From: Octopus vulgaris
Taxonomy: Eukaryota
Assembly (NCBI GenBank): GCA_951406725.2
Contig: OX597838.1
Span: forward strand, 1,178,001-1,242,000
Length of the DNA: 64,000 nt
Direction of reading: 5' to 3'
This document shows, one piece after another, positions 1 through 12,433 of the stretch. The notes beneath the pieces are model-generated. The model made no database searches. It saw nothing but the letters and a program-made list of their open reading frames with translations, and had not been told where the DNA came from. Position 1 is the first letter of the stretch, and the number at the start of each line of letters is the position of its first letter. The position numbers and the translations under genes were made by a program.

Positions 1-743
1 CATAAATGTGGTGGGCTGGAGTGGAGGTGCCTTTTGTGGAATCAGCACAGTTGGCAGTTTGCAAAGCAAAAGAGGGAAACAATGACAGGGTATTATCAGA
101 ATTAGTGTGAAGGGGTACAACAAAGCAGTAACCGGGTGGGTTGAATAAGTGAGCCCAAAATTGAGGACATGGTTAAGTTTGCTTGCCTGAATGGATCATC
201 AGGGTCCAAGTCAGTTCGTACTGAAGTTACAGATGTTTATTGAGAGGAGACTCAGGGACGGTGAGTAAACGTAGCCAAAGTGCTTTCTTCCCTCCCTCCA
301 GCATCCATGATTCAGTAGGACAGGAAGGAGTTACAAGGATATTCAAAAGGTACACATCAAGTCTTTTCTTCTCATTTATGGGTGGCCCTTTACAGTGAGT
401 TGAAATGATGGTGGCGAGATGTGAAACTCTCGTTATTTCACCAATTTTACGTCTTCTCTTTGTGTCATCAATTAACAGGTTATTTTCTTTTGATAATGAA
501 TCAATGTCTTGAGATCATCTTTTCACCCCCCCCCTCTTCCACAGATACCATTGACTTTGAGGTGCTCAGCACTTCCTCATGCCACCCCCATCACAGTCTT
601 GTATCCCTTGCACCTAGTTTCTCAGCTCATTTATTCTTAGTCGCTCATGCACACCCTACCATCTCACTTTACTGCCATCACACACACACACACACTTCGT
701 CAACTGAAAGAAACACAAATTAAAAAGACAAATATGTTCTTTT

Positions 744-753
744 TTTATTTATT
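744..753 (-). terminator. Candidate polyadenylation signals (two overlapping AATAAA) for SPT4
   Basis: TTTATTTATT on the + strand about 90 nt after the SPT4 stop codon. Confidence 0.55.
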
Positions 754-841
754 TACACTGGAAGGAGTGGGGGGGGGGGCAATGATTTGAATGAGAGATG
801 AAAATACGATGAGGTGACAAAGATGATCAGGGCTTCCTCCC

Positions 842-963
842 TTAGGCTCTTGTACTGGTGTCTCGGGGTCTGTAAGAGATTCCTTTTCGTTTCAAATCTT
901 TTACAACATTTGGAGGAAGACGACCGGTCACAGATATTGCGTAGCAACCTTTAGAAAAACGAC
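842..963 (-). CDS. SUPT4H1: SPT4 last coding exon (SRFSKGCYAISVTGRLPPNVVKDLKRKGISYRPRDTSTRA*)
   Basis: TTTCAG acceptor; 122 nt to TAA at 844-842; GxYAISVTGRLP and YRPRD motifs; total CDS 354 nt = 117 aa. Confidence 0.97.
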
Positions 964-1120
964 CTGAAAGAAAGAAAGAATTTATATAAGAGACCAGAAA
1001 ACATGATTTGATGATGTTCATGCATTTCCCAAAATCATCTAAAGTAGAAAGGTAACAACACTGAGTGACAACAGATTTAATTGAACAAATTACCTAAATA
1101 TTCTCACATACCACTAAATC

Positions 1121-1224
1121 AAATTTTTTCATTTTTGACACTTTAGAGACATCAGATCTTGTAGAACCATCAGAACTTGTGAAATGACCTGATGTCTCTA
1201 AAGTGTCAAAAGTGAAAAAAATTT
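1121..1224. repeat. 38-bp inverted repeat in SPT4 intron 3 (MITE-like remnant)
   Basis: TTTTGACACTTTAGAGACATCAG ... CTGATGTCTCTAAAGTGTCAAAA; 27-nt spacer. Confidence 0.8.
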
Positions 1225-3221
1225 CATAGAAGGGATGTGAAGAATTTTTTTTTTAAACTCATTTTTGAATTACCCCCTTCCTCTATTAGTGTACAAAAGG
1301 TATAAAAATTCAGCGTAACCCTATGCGTGCCTCACCAAAATATTACCGTGCCCCACATTGGGAATCATGGATTTGACCATAGTATATTACTGGTATGAGA
1401 TTGTAATAAATTTATTTAAATGTCAGCAGTGAGCTAAATAGCAGTTATTAGGGGTTGAGAGCCGTAATATTTATGCCTTTTCCAGACACAGTAAACACTT
1501 GACCTAATGTCATACACCCCCAGCCCCCCCCCCCCCCCGTCATTTACGTCCTCCAAACTCTGCCCCCCCCCCCACCAATTATACTGATGTCAACAAGTGG
1601 GTCCAAGACTCAGTAAATCCTAAGCCAGTCCCAACTCTGATTCCAGCCACGACTATCCCTTCTGTTTTGTATATCAAGCATGGCCTAATGTACCCTTCTT
1701 TAAGACACTAGGGTTAAGTTTGAGGGCTGCTATTTTTTAGGAGGCCAAACACGTCCAGCCTCCTACTTTATATAACGGAGACGAGTGGCAGCTGCACCAC
1801 CACCAAAACTTCAAATCCTAATGAAACCAACTTTTCGTTTGAGGTTAGTGAACAACAACAACAACAACAATACACTGAGGTATATGGGGGGGGGGGAGTT
1901 TATTACTCCTTTATTTCGTTTTTTTTTACCCCTCTTTGTACAGAAATATTGAGGCAGTGGGGGGGGGGGGGGCTTTCTCCCATTCACTGGTTCCATATGA
2001 GTTTATAGCTATTGAGTCAACATTGAGAGTCCGTAAGAAATACCAGTGAAATGTCCCTCAGATCAGTCTATTTTCAAAAATTAAGCCCTGCAAATAAGAG
2101 AAGGATGGGCATGGTTGAAATACTTTTGCCCAAGGGTCAGCTAGCCCAGGGTTGACCGTATCCTGTCTAGAGTACAATTACACCTGCCCCTAGTAAATTG
2201 GATTGTGGTCCTTTGATTGATTTCCCAAAACTGGTCATAGGGGTTCATGTTGATTATTTCCAACAACTATCAAACTGGAGTGGAACCTATTGCCAGTCAA
2301 GCAAACTGAGGGGACTTTTATACCTTAACAAAGGAACCTCAGAAAAGATGATAGCAGCCCATTTAATCCCCTCCTCCACTTAATTAAAACAACCACAAGA
2401 CGCCAACTGACCTCCACATTCTTGATGGATTATTATTATTATTTATCACAAAACCACAACTTTTCTTCAAAATAACCATTTTTCTCTCTTTGCAGCTAAC
2501 AAGTTTTTCCCGCTGAGATCTGAGACCAACAACCAACGATTGTTGTGTGAAAAAAGCATCTTTTAATTAAAGTATTTGTTGAAGACTTGCTCCATTTCCA
2601 AACCATTTCCTGTTGTAAGCAGTCTCTCTCTCTCTCATTCTGAACGGTTCACATTCCATTCATACCATCTTTGCTTCATAATAAAGTTTTGTTACTTAAA
2701 ATATCTCGTTATGCACCTCCCCTCCCACACAATCATCATCATTTAATGTCCACCTTCCCTGCTGATCAAAGAGGTCGTCGGATGGTTTGACAGGAGCCAA
2801 AGAGTCAGGATTGCATCAGGCCCCAATGTCTACAGAGGCAGGGGTCTATGGCTGGATGCCAGAGGTGGGTGGAGTTGGTAGAAGAACAGGTAAGTTATGG
2901 GGACTAAAAGCAACAAAATGTTCCTCAAAACGTAAAGTAGCTCTGGATAATGTGATACAAAATACCCTGGATATTGTTTATTACCAGTTTAGCCCTAATC
3001 CAGCAGAGCTAAGATCAAAGGGAATCCAGCCATGACCAAACACACTAAATCTAGCAATGGATTGGCTGATATTTCTAGCTGGTCAGATGAGCATGTAGAG
3101 ACTCTTAGACATTGCTGAATGAGGAGTACAATGCTTAGTAGGATTAAGAGTATACCAGTGATATAATGGGGCTAACTGAGTTGACAGTTGTTACCATTAC
3201 TAGAAAGAGAGAGATACTTAC

Positions 3222-3277
3222 TGATTCTCTGCCATTTTGCCACCCAACTGTCTTCAGGTCCCATCATTGATATTAAC
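3222..3277 (-). CDS. SUPT4H1: SPT4 coding exon 3 (LISMMGPEDSWVAKWQRI)
   Basis: TTCTTCCAAG acceptor and GTAAGT donor; 56 nt; phase-compatible; PxxSWVAKWQR signature. Confidence 0.97.
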
Positions 3278-4789
3278 CTTGGAAGAAAGAAAAACATAGA
3301 AAATCAAGACAAAGCAGACCAGAGGGGGTGGAGGGAGAGGATGCAATTGGGAAACTGTATTGGATGAAAATGATTACAATTAAGAGAGGAAACCATCAAA
3401 GTAGACAGGCTGAAAGCTTATGAGAGACTTCTCACTGTTGGGGAACGAAAAGATGAAGCTGTGTTGCCCAATTATTATTACTATGGCAACCAGTTACGTG
3501 TGGTTCTCGGACAAGGCTGGAGAATGCAATCCAAATACACTCAACACACAACTTATAAAGCATCTCGTTTCTCTTTGTACAGAGGAAAATGAAGGAGATT
3601 ACACTTGAATACCCATTCAAAGACGGGTGGCCCAAAGAAGGTCTCTGTCTACTTCAAATTTACCTTAGGTTTTTTTTATATACGTCTTGTGTCCATCCAC
3701 TTCATTGTCTTAATAATATCCACGTTGCCATGACAAAACTTGTTTGAGGCAGATTCTTTTTAAGGCCAACCTTCATCGGTTTCCAAACAAGATAGTATTT
3801 CCTCCAGTTCTTTGACTGGAGATGTTTCCTATGTAAGCAAAAACAACCCTTTATAGGAAGACGGTTTTCAATCAATGAGGGGAGACATAAACACACACGA
3901 CAGGCTTCTTACAGTTTCCAGTTTGAAAATTTCACTCACAAGGCATTGGTCAGCCTGTGACCATAGAAGACACGAGCCAACATAGCCATGTAGTGAGACT
4001 GAACCCTGAACTTCACTCTGCACCCATGTTTGCACCGTCTTCTACACACACACATTCACTGAACAGTTTTCTTTTCTTATTCTGGGAATTGGTTCTGAAG
4101 CAGGTTCTTAACAGCTGGATGCTGTACCAGTAATCAACCCCCTCATTGTTTTCCCGTTTTATAAGCCACAAGTTTCTAAGATCAAACACTGGCCTCAGCA
4201 CACAACGTCAACATCAACATTCATGACGGTTAATATACAATTCCCATCTACCAAATTCAACCCCAAGGCCCTGGGCTGAGCAGGAACAATAAAGTAGCAG
4301 ACACCTCCCCAAGGTGCTGTACAATGGAACTGAAACCCAAACTATATTGTTGCAAAGTGAGCTTCTGAACCATTCAACCAGGCCTGCACCTATCCTTAAA
4401 AATGTTTTAGCCCGAAGGCCGCGGCCATGCTGGGGCACCACCACCTATATATATATATGTATACACTGTTATTAGGAACTACACAATGTCCACCACCCAG
4501 AACTCGGCTAAGCTGATCAAGCTGACAACACATGGATTAATATTACAATACACAATAATAATAATTTGAAATATTTACATATTTTGAAAGAGACATGGAA
4601 TTTTAGCCTCACCATGAAGTGTAAATGAAGCAGTCACATGACATGTTTCATGTGTGTGGTGCACCTCGCATTTCATTTTGTATTAGGGTACAATGGATGA
4701 AATAAATCTCTGATGTCAACATGGATCCATTCATATGCACTATAAAATAGGTGTAATTTACTGATTCCTAGTGAGACAGATACAGGAGA

Positions 4790-5480
4790 ACTATCTAGAG
4801 AAACCCCTATACCTGGCTTTTGTTAGCCTAAAGAAGAAGGCTTTTGAAAGGGTTCCTCACTCTGTGATCTAATGCTTAAAAAAAAGAGAAGGGAAGTCTG
4901 GAACAGATGAATGGCCTGTGCAAAGTGTGAGACAGAGTAATGAATTCAGCATGAAGGTGACCATAGCAAACCTCCAGCTGCCCATAAAGAGAGTTTCTTT
5001 ATGCTGATGACCCTGCTTTTGGAGTTGAATGTGTAGTAGAATTGGAAAAGGAATTCCAGACATTGGAATCAAGAGGTCTCAGAGTGAATTTAGTAAAGAT
5101 TAAGGTATTTGTTTGGCAGGATCCTGTTACCATCAGGGAAATGGCCAGGTTTGATATGTAGGGAGCTCACAGGGCGAAGATAACAGAGAAGGTAAACTGT
5201 GGCAGGTGCACAGGGGCAGAAAGTACCAAGAGCAATTATGAAATGGACTTTCCAATGCTCAGGGGGCTCCCTAGAAGTAGCTGATAGCTTCTGTTACTCA
5301 GGGACCTAACTAGTAGTGGGGTAGGTGTTCTGAGGCCAGAGTGAGAGCTAATTGGGAAATGTTCAGGGAGTTGTTACCTCTGCTAGCAACAAAGCGAAGG
5401 TCTGGGTGCAAAGTGTGATGCTGCATGATAGAGAGATGTGGGCCTTCAACAGAAAAAGGTCTGCATAAGCTAGAAAGAAG
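4790..5480 (+). mobile_element. Highly decayed RTE-type LINE RT fragment
   Basis: LYADDP (YADD) at about 4998 and remnants paralleling the adjacent younger copy (KGLRVNL, FCY.G, W.K.RELLPLL). Confidence 0.7.
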
Positions 5481-5745
5481 GTAAGCAGGGAATGCTTCGT
5501 TTTAGGAGCAGAAATGAGTTGAGAGGAAAACAGCAGAAAAAGGAATCGGCTGAAGACTGCATTGGTTTGGAGCTGAAGGAAGGGAGATGTGAGCGCAAAG
5601 GGAAACCGTGGTGGACTTGGGACAAAAGAATAATTGGCAACACACAATATGGGAGAAGAGTTGCTCACCTGTCTGAGCAGGGCAAAATGGATGCATAAAT
5701 GTTATGTATGTTTATACACACACACACACACATATATATATATGC

Positions 5746-6720
5746 ATCAGGTGTGGAAGCAAGGATTAGAATCAAAGGGCCTTAGAGTCAACCTAGCTAA
5801 AACCAAAGTCCTAATAAGTAGGAAGGCAGGCAAACCACAAATCCCTTCAGGTAGATGGCCCTACTCGATCTGTAGAAAAGGCGTAGATAGAAACTCTATA
5901 AGATGTACCCATTGTAAGCTATGGACACATAAAGAGGTGCAGTAATATCAAAGGAAGGCTAACTGGGAGGATAGTTTTTGCATGTGGCAGATGCTCGGGA
6001 GCGATAAACACTGAAAATGCGCAGAGACCATCTTCCGCCACATCCCAGAGAGAAAAACTAGAAGTAGTTGATAGCTATGGTTACCTAGGTGACCAAATCA
6101 GTAGCGGAGGAGGGTGCACTGAAAGTGTAGCTGCTAGAATAAGAATAGCCTGGGCAAAGTTCAGAGAGCTCTTACCTCTGCTGGTGACAAAGGGCCTCTC
6201 GCTCTGAGTAAAAGGTAGACTGTATGACGCATGTGTACGAACAACCATGCTACACGGCAGTGAAACATAGGCTGTGACTGCTGAGGACATGCGTAAGCTC
6301 GCAAGGAATGAAGCCAGCACGATCCGATGGATGTGTAATGTCAGTGTGTATACTCGACAGAGTGTAAGTACCTTGAGAGAAAAGTTGGACTTGAGAAGCA
6401 TCGTGCACTGGTATGGTCATGTGGTGAGAATGGATAAGGACAGCTGTGTGAAAAAGTGCTACACCCTAGCAGTTGAAGGAACCTGTGGAAGAGGTAGACC
6501 CAGGAAGACCTGCGATGAGGTGAAGCATGACCTTTGAAAATTATGCCTCACCGAGGCAATGATTAGTGACCAGGACCTTTGGAAATATGCAGTGCTTGAG
6601 AAGACCTGGCAAGCCAAGTGAGACCATAACCCATGGCCTATGCCAGGGGTGTAACCAGCCCACTTATGCGTACCTTTCCTTCATTGGACATTAAACTCTG
6701 CTTGCAAAGACCTGTTGAGG
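5746..6720 (+). mobile_element. 5'-truncated RTE LINE (RT C-terminus with embedded PHD-like finger), pseudogenised
   Basis: GLRVNLAKTKV, YLGD, ARIRIAWAKFRELLP, KGRLYDACVRTTMLHGSET, WYGHVVRM and GRGRPRKT motifs; stops and frameshifts. Confidence 0.92.
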
Positions 6721-8500
6721 CAAGTGAAAACTAAATTGAAATCAAATTCGGGCTAGTGGAGTGCTAAGAGCGCCATCCAAGTGTGATCGTTACCAGCGTT
6801 GCCTTACTGGCACGTGAAAAAAAAATTCGAGCAAAGTTGTTGCCAGTGCCGCTGGGCTGGCTCCTGTGCAGGTGGCATGTAAAAAATACCATTTGAGCAT
6901 AGTCGTTGCCAGTACTGCGAGACTGGCCCTCGTGCCAGTGGCACGTAAAAGCACCCACTACACTCTCGGAGTGGTTGGCGTTAGGAAGGGCATCCAGCTA
7001 TTACCAGCATCCCCTATTACCCAGCATTCTCAATAGCACCACCACCCTCATCACATACCCTATGTTATTGGTGACTACACTGGACCACTTGTATCCGAAA
7101 CACTCCACCACCACTGCGTGTCATCACCCTTCATTACCATCATACTCCTGCTCTCTTATATCCTGGGCCTCTGTCACTGCCCAATTCCCCGTGTCACCTC
7201 CCCACCATCTCGCCTTGTCTATATGAAGCTACTCAGAATACTGAGTACTCATTCCTATCACCCCCACTCAGTAGAGGGGCCACTGAGGAAGAAGAGACGT
7301 GGAGTTGGGAGGTCCTTTGTTGAGGGCATGGTTACCCTTCTGGTGCCCATGCACCCAACACACCCTAAGATGAAGTCAGAAACCACACCAAAAACAAGAG
7401 ACAAGACACCCTGATCCCATAAGCACAGGGCTCCCTCAAACATGCGCTGATTCTAACCATAATGATCAGCTCAACCTGTGCCAGTAGAGAAAGTGGATGA
7501 TGATGATGATGATGAGCAGAGAAAGGTTCACATGTGATAAGAGAGAGAAGCATGTATAGCAGCCCCCTTGCTTTTATCACTAAATGAAAAAAAGGCCTGG
7601 AGGTGGTGGAGGAGGGCCTATGCCAAACAGACTCTACAGGGACCAGCTGTACAGTTATAAGAGAGCAAGTAAAGATAAGAAGTGAGGCAGATGGTTGACT
7701 GTTCCAGCAGGAATAGTTGGTTGCTGAGATGAGTGAATAGATAAGGGTGGTCATGGCAGGGAGAAATGTGAATAAACGGAAGCCAAAGAAATCTTGAAGA
7801 GAAACAAAAATGACCTTCACAGTTGTTTGTCAGATGGCCATAATCTTGATGTCCATCAGTTCAGTAGGTGATGCATTTAGGGTCAGGAGTGGTAGCCATA
7901 GAAACACACTGATTGGTCTCTAAAGCAGGGACCGTATCTGATCCAAATATCTATGGCTTCTGATGGCTCCAGGACTCTGACTCCACAAGCAATGGCTGGG
8001 AGAAGTTCAGTTAAATAAGTTTATCATGGAAACTGAAGCAAACAATATTCATGAAAAGAAGCCATTGACGTGTGTAGAAAGGCTGATGCCAAAATCTTAT
8101 GACCACCACCACCAAGGGGGCCAGGGATTTGTAAAACACTCCATGGACATGCAGGTGTGGTTATGTGGTAAGAAGCTTTTTCCCCCAACTGTGTTCAGTT
8201 CCCCATCGTGACACCTTGGGCAAGTGTCTTTCACTATAGCATCGGGCCGACCAAAGCCTTGAGAGTAGATTTGGTAGACGGAAACTGAAAGAAGCCCATC
8301 ATATGTGTGTGTATGTCTGTTTACATCCCCTTAGCGGTTCGGCAAAAGAAACCGATAGAATAAAAACCAGGTTTAACAACAAAACTAAGTACTGGCATCG
8401 ATTCATTCAACTAAAAGCAAATTGTTCAAGGCGGTGCCCCAGTATGGCCACAGTCTAATGACTGAAACATGTAAAAGGCAAAGATTTAAAAAATATTTAC

Positions 8501-8607
8501 CCATCAAAGTTGGAACTGGTGCAGACATAGACTGCATCTCGGTTGTTCTTCATGTGTAAATGGTCATCACAATTGTCACAGCCTTCATACTCAAACTGGT
8601 CAAAGGT
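8501..8607 (-). CDS. SUPT4H1: SPT4 coding exon 2 ([36 protein letters not shown])
   Basis: TTTTCAG acceptor and GTAAAT donor; 107 nt; second CxxC (GCDNC) and the CTSxxFDG motif. Confidence 0.97.
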
Positions 8608-9207
8608 CTGAAAAGAAACAGGGCAAAGCATTCAGTTGAGGGGATTTAACTGTTCTACCCCTCCCCCACCAGTGTTTATCCTCATCTGCATCTGTTCCTC
8701 TTCAACTTGCTGACAAGATGGAAACCTCGCACTCCCCACCCCCCGGCTTCATTTTCGGTTCTTCTTGTACAACACAACCATGTTATTAGCTGCCACCACA
8801 TGTTTACCCCCTCCTCCCACCTGCTGCTGCTGTTGTAGCTAGCATCCTCCACCATTGCCCACCACTACTCTAGCTGCCTCTTATACCATCGGAGACTAAA
8901 TCTTATCATCAGAAGCAAGGAGCTGTACCCCGAGGAGATCAGCTGGGTACTCAAAAACCCCACGATGCATGCACCATGCAGCAGGTATTTAATACATCCA
9001 CACCAGTTGGTGAGTGGCTGTGCAATATCAGCAGAAAGGAACAACCAGGTATATGGGATGGAACAGAGAGAGGAATGTTGTGGGACAATCTGAGGATTTT
9101 CAGAAATATTGATTTCAGGAGACAGAACCTCAGTCTCAAAGAACTGATGAGGAACTGCATTAAACAGAAACCCATCCAATGAATGACAATTTGGAAGTAG
9201 ATATAAA

Positions 9208-9297
9208 ATGACGATGACGACGACGATGATGATGATGATGATGATGACGACGATGATGATGATGATGATGACGACGATGACGATGATGATGATGATA
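9208..9297 (+). repeat. (GAT/GAC)n microsatellite
   Basis: About 30 triplets. Confidence 0.95.
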
Positions 9298-10702
9298 TGG
9301 TTAAGTTTCTCTCTTTTGCAAGAGTTTGCCTAACCTTGGTTTTGTGTTGCTAAATTGACGGATCCAACATGGTTAAATGCCTGTAAATCACTACCATAGC
9401 CCACCTGACTATTTACCCTTTACCTAAACATCCCTAAAGGGTCAGCAACTAACCTTGGAAAAAAAAGAAAAGAAAAAAAACCCTGAAATCTGAGCCTGTC
9501 AACCCTACGAAGAAGCAACTTCCAGTAACTGGTCCCTCTTCCTTCAACAACCATTGATATTCAAAACTTTACAGACCAAAAGCCATGTCCTTCTTCACTT
9601 GACTTGATAAACTTTTAAAAACTTCAATGGAAATTGTCTGAATTTGTGAGAGGAGTAATTGTCATTATATAATAACGATAGATTTGAATTGGTATCATCG
9701 TCATTGTTAATTAAATCCATGGATTGCCGTCTTTTATGTCATAATGGAAGGTTTTGTGGGTGAATGATGTCTACCAATAGCGAAGGGCTACTCAATGAAG
9801 TCGAGGTGGGTGGAGAGTGTGGTGCCCCAATTGGGAGGGAGTAAAATTTTGAGAAGAAACAGCCAAAAGCACATTAAGTTGAAGATAAAATAGTTGTCAT
9901 AGCAACGAAAAAAAAAAGATGAAGTGAGAATACAAGAGCAGATGAAGTCCTAATAAAATTGATAATGAGGTAACAAGTTTAATTAATTAATGAAGGGTGG
10001 TGGTGATGTCTTCCCAATGGGACCTAAAGTTGATCAAAATATTCACACACGACCTCGCTTCCACTTCATTAACACCAGCTGTTGTTTCTAGCATCAATTA
10101 GCTGCCGGGAGAGCATCTGTGTGGTTGATAGCTTTTTCCCTGATAACTTTTGCATATTTTGGTATTTTTAGACAAATTTTGCGAATTTGTTCTACACACG
10201 GGAATTCATACGATTATGCAGAATTCCGTCGATACACGAAATAGTGGAGTCCTAGATAAACTATGACGGGGGGGGGGGGAAGGACAGGATAACCACAGCT
10301 GGACCTGGATTGACTCCAGAATAACAACCGAGATTTCGATTTGAACTCGTATACTTAAGGATTAGTTTAATTCTTCCACAACCAGGATCAAGAGAACTGT
10401 TTATTGTAGTGTTAAGAGGATGAAAGATAATTCCCCCCAGGAGAGATCGCTAGTCCATCAAAACAGCAGAGAAAGCTAACTCTGCTGAGTTTTAAACCGA
10501 AGCAAATCTAACCAAGAGGAGGAACAAACCACAAAAACAAAAGCAAATTCCATAAAAGACTTTTTAATGTCAGAAACTCGGTGGATTTGTGTCGTTCGTG
10601 AAAAGCGTCGAAGTAAAACAGGACCTGTTTGAATTTCATCGGGATTCGATAAAACACAAATACTTTGAAGTACAGAAAAGGTTTACACCAAGTTTACACT
10701 AT

Positions 10703-11149
10703 GATTAAAAGGCGTTCTAGCCGTGACCATCTTTTATATATATAAGAAGAACTAACATGTTTAATATGTCTGTTTTTTAAGAATGTAATTTGAGAAGTAT
10801 GACTGTTGTTTCTAGCAAACTAAACAGCCTCGTTACTCCACGTACATAAAAGTTACTTATATGTATGTGTGTTATATCATACCTCCACAAAGTGTGTTGT
10901 GGGGCACAGATGTGCAGGTATATCTATCTATCTATCTATCTAAATATACATACATACATACATATATACACAGGCGGACATCTCTACACAGCCACGCGCA
11001 CCGCTTTTATATACGTGGATTAACGAGGCTGTTTAGTTTGCTAGAAACAACAGTCATATTTCTCAAATTACATTCTTAAAAAACAGACATATTAAACATG
11101 TTAGTTCTTCCTATATAAAAGATGGTCACGGCCAGAACGCCTTTTAATC
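10703..11149. repeat. About 150-bp inverted duplication in SPT4 intron 1
   Basis: 10703-10852 is the near-identical reverse complement of 11004-11149; spacer about 150 nt. Confidence 0.9.
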
Positions 11150-11183
11150 CTATATATATCTAAAGAAAAAGTTTGTAGTCAGA

Positions 11184-11233
11184 ATTTATTTCGCCTTTTC
11201 CTCTCCGAAGCGAAAGGAAAAGGCGAAATAAAT
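11184..11233 (-). other. 22-bp stem / 6-nt loop hairpin in SPT4 intron 1
   Basis: Minus strand ATTTATTTCGCCTTTTCCTTTC-GCTTCG-GAGAGGAAAAGGCGAAATAAAT; 21 Watson-Crick pairs plus one G-U. Confidence 0.8.
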
Positions 11234-11457
11234 AATTATCAGAATTCTGACCATTTGCTTTTTCTGAATATATAAACCCTGTTCACCATTTCAAACGTTA
11301 TATACACTCATGCGTAGAATATAATAAAACACAACGTGTGTGGGTGTATAATAAACATCCTTAATTACTATTATTCTGGTCCGGTAGAAAGAGAGAGAAA
11401 GGAGTTTACCGAACTCCTTTGAAAAAGGAGCAGTTTTAATAAAAGAAAAGAGTTTAC

Positions 11458-11526
11458 CTTAACTAAGGAACAGAGCAGGCAAGCCCGCAGGTTCCTCATA
11501 TCTTTCGGGACCGCATCCAAAGACAT
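11458..11526 (-). CDS. SUPT4H1: Transcription elongation factor SPT4, coding exon 1 (MSLDAVPKDMRNLRACLLCSLVK)
   Basis: ATG at 11526; 69 nt closely matching the SPT4 N-terminus with the first CxxC; donor AAG|GTAAAC at 11457. Confidence 0.97.
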
Positions 11527-11595
11527 TTTTTCTTTCGGCTTCGGACAAAAACCAACAAAATCCGCCACAGAAAACTTCCAACCTTTCTCTCTGCT

Positions 11596-11802
11596 CACTT
11601 CCGTTCAACTGAAAAAACCTCACAACAATAAATAGTTCCGTCCATCAGAATCAAATATTAAGGGGAAAAATTCAAAGTTTTGCAATGTAAGATTTTAAAT
11701 AAAAGCAAAAATAGCAATACATGTTAAATTATTTCTTTATTTTCTTCATCAATTAGTTTTTTTTGTAATTAAAATATTAAACTGTATATAAGACGTGCGC
11801 AT
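11596..11802 (-). promoter_or_regulatory. SPT4 proximal promoter: ETS-type CGGAAGTG site and an NRF1-like TGCGCA motif
   Basis: CACTTCCG at 11596-11603, about 70 nt upstream of the ATG; GTGCGCAT near 11795; locally raised CpG. Confidence 0.4.
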
Positions 11803-12044
11803 TGATACAGAAACCTGTAAACAGGCCTTCCGCTACACCGCACTTTTTCTGATTTCAGATTTCTGTAATTGCGGTTCAGGGTTTTGGAATTTAGGTGTTT
11901 GATGTATATATGTGTGTGTGTGTGTAGATAGGTTGATGTTGTTTCGTGCACGACAGCAATATATGCCTAAGCTATTTAAGTAAATGCAAACAAATGAGAT
12001 TTAAGAAAAACAATTCATTTTTAGATGGAATTGTTACTCAATTA

Positions 12045-12210
12045 TATATATACATACACATATATATATGTGTGTATATATATATATATGTGCATATATA
12101 TATATATATATATGTGCATATATATATATGTGCATATATATATATATATATATGTGCATATATATATATGTGCATATATATATATATATATATATGTGCA
12201 TATATATATA

Positions 12211-12248
<38 letters not shown>

Positions 12249-12290
12249 CATATATATATATATGTGCATATATATATGTGCATATATATA

Positions 12291-12351
<61 letters not shown>

Positions 12352-12433
12352 GTATATATATATGTATATATATATATATGTATATATATGTATATATATA
12401 TATATGTATATGTATATATATATGTATATGTAT
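12045..12433. repeat. Compound (TA)n / TGTGCA microsatellite
   Basis: About 390 nt; source of the spurious YI-repeat ORFs. Confidence 0.95.

Noticed and set aside
8870-9180. ORFs upstream of the (GAT)n tract in SPT4 intron 1
   Set aside because: Probably a decayed LINE 3' end; no diagnostic motif or splice structure.
11371-11598. ORF-track N-terminal extension of SPT4 (MSREKGW...)
   Set aside because: It starts at GTG; homology begins at ATG 11526 and ends at the splice donor.
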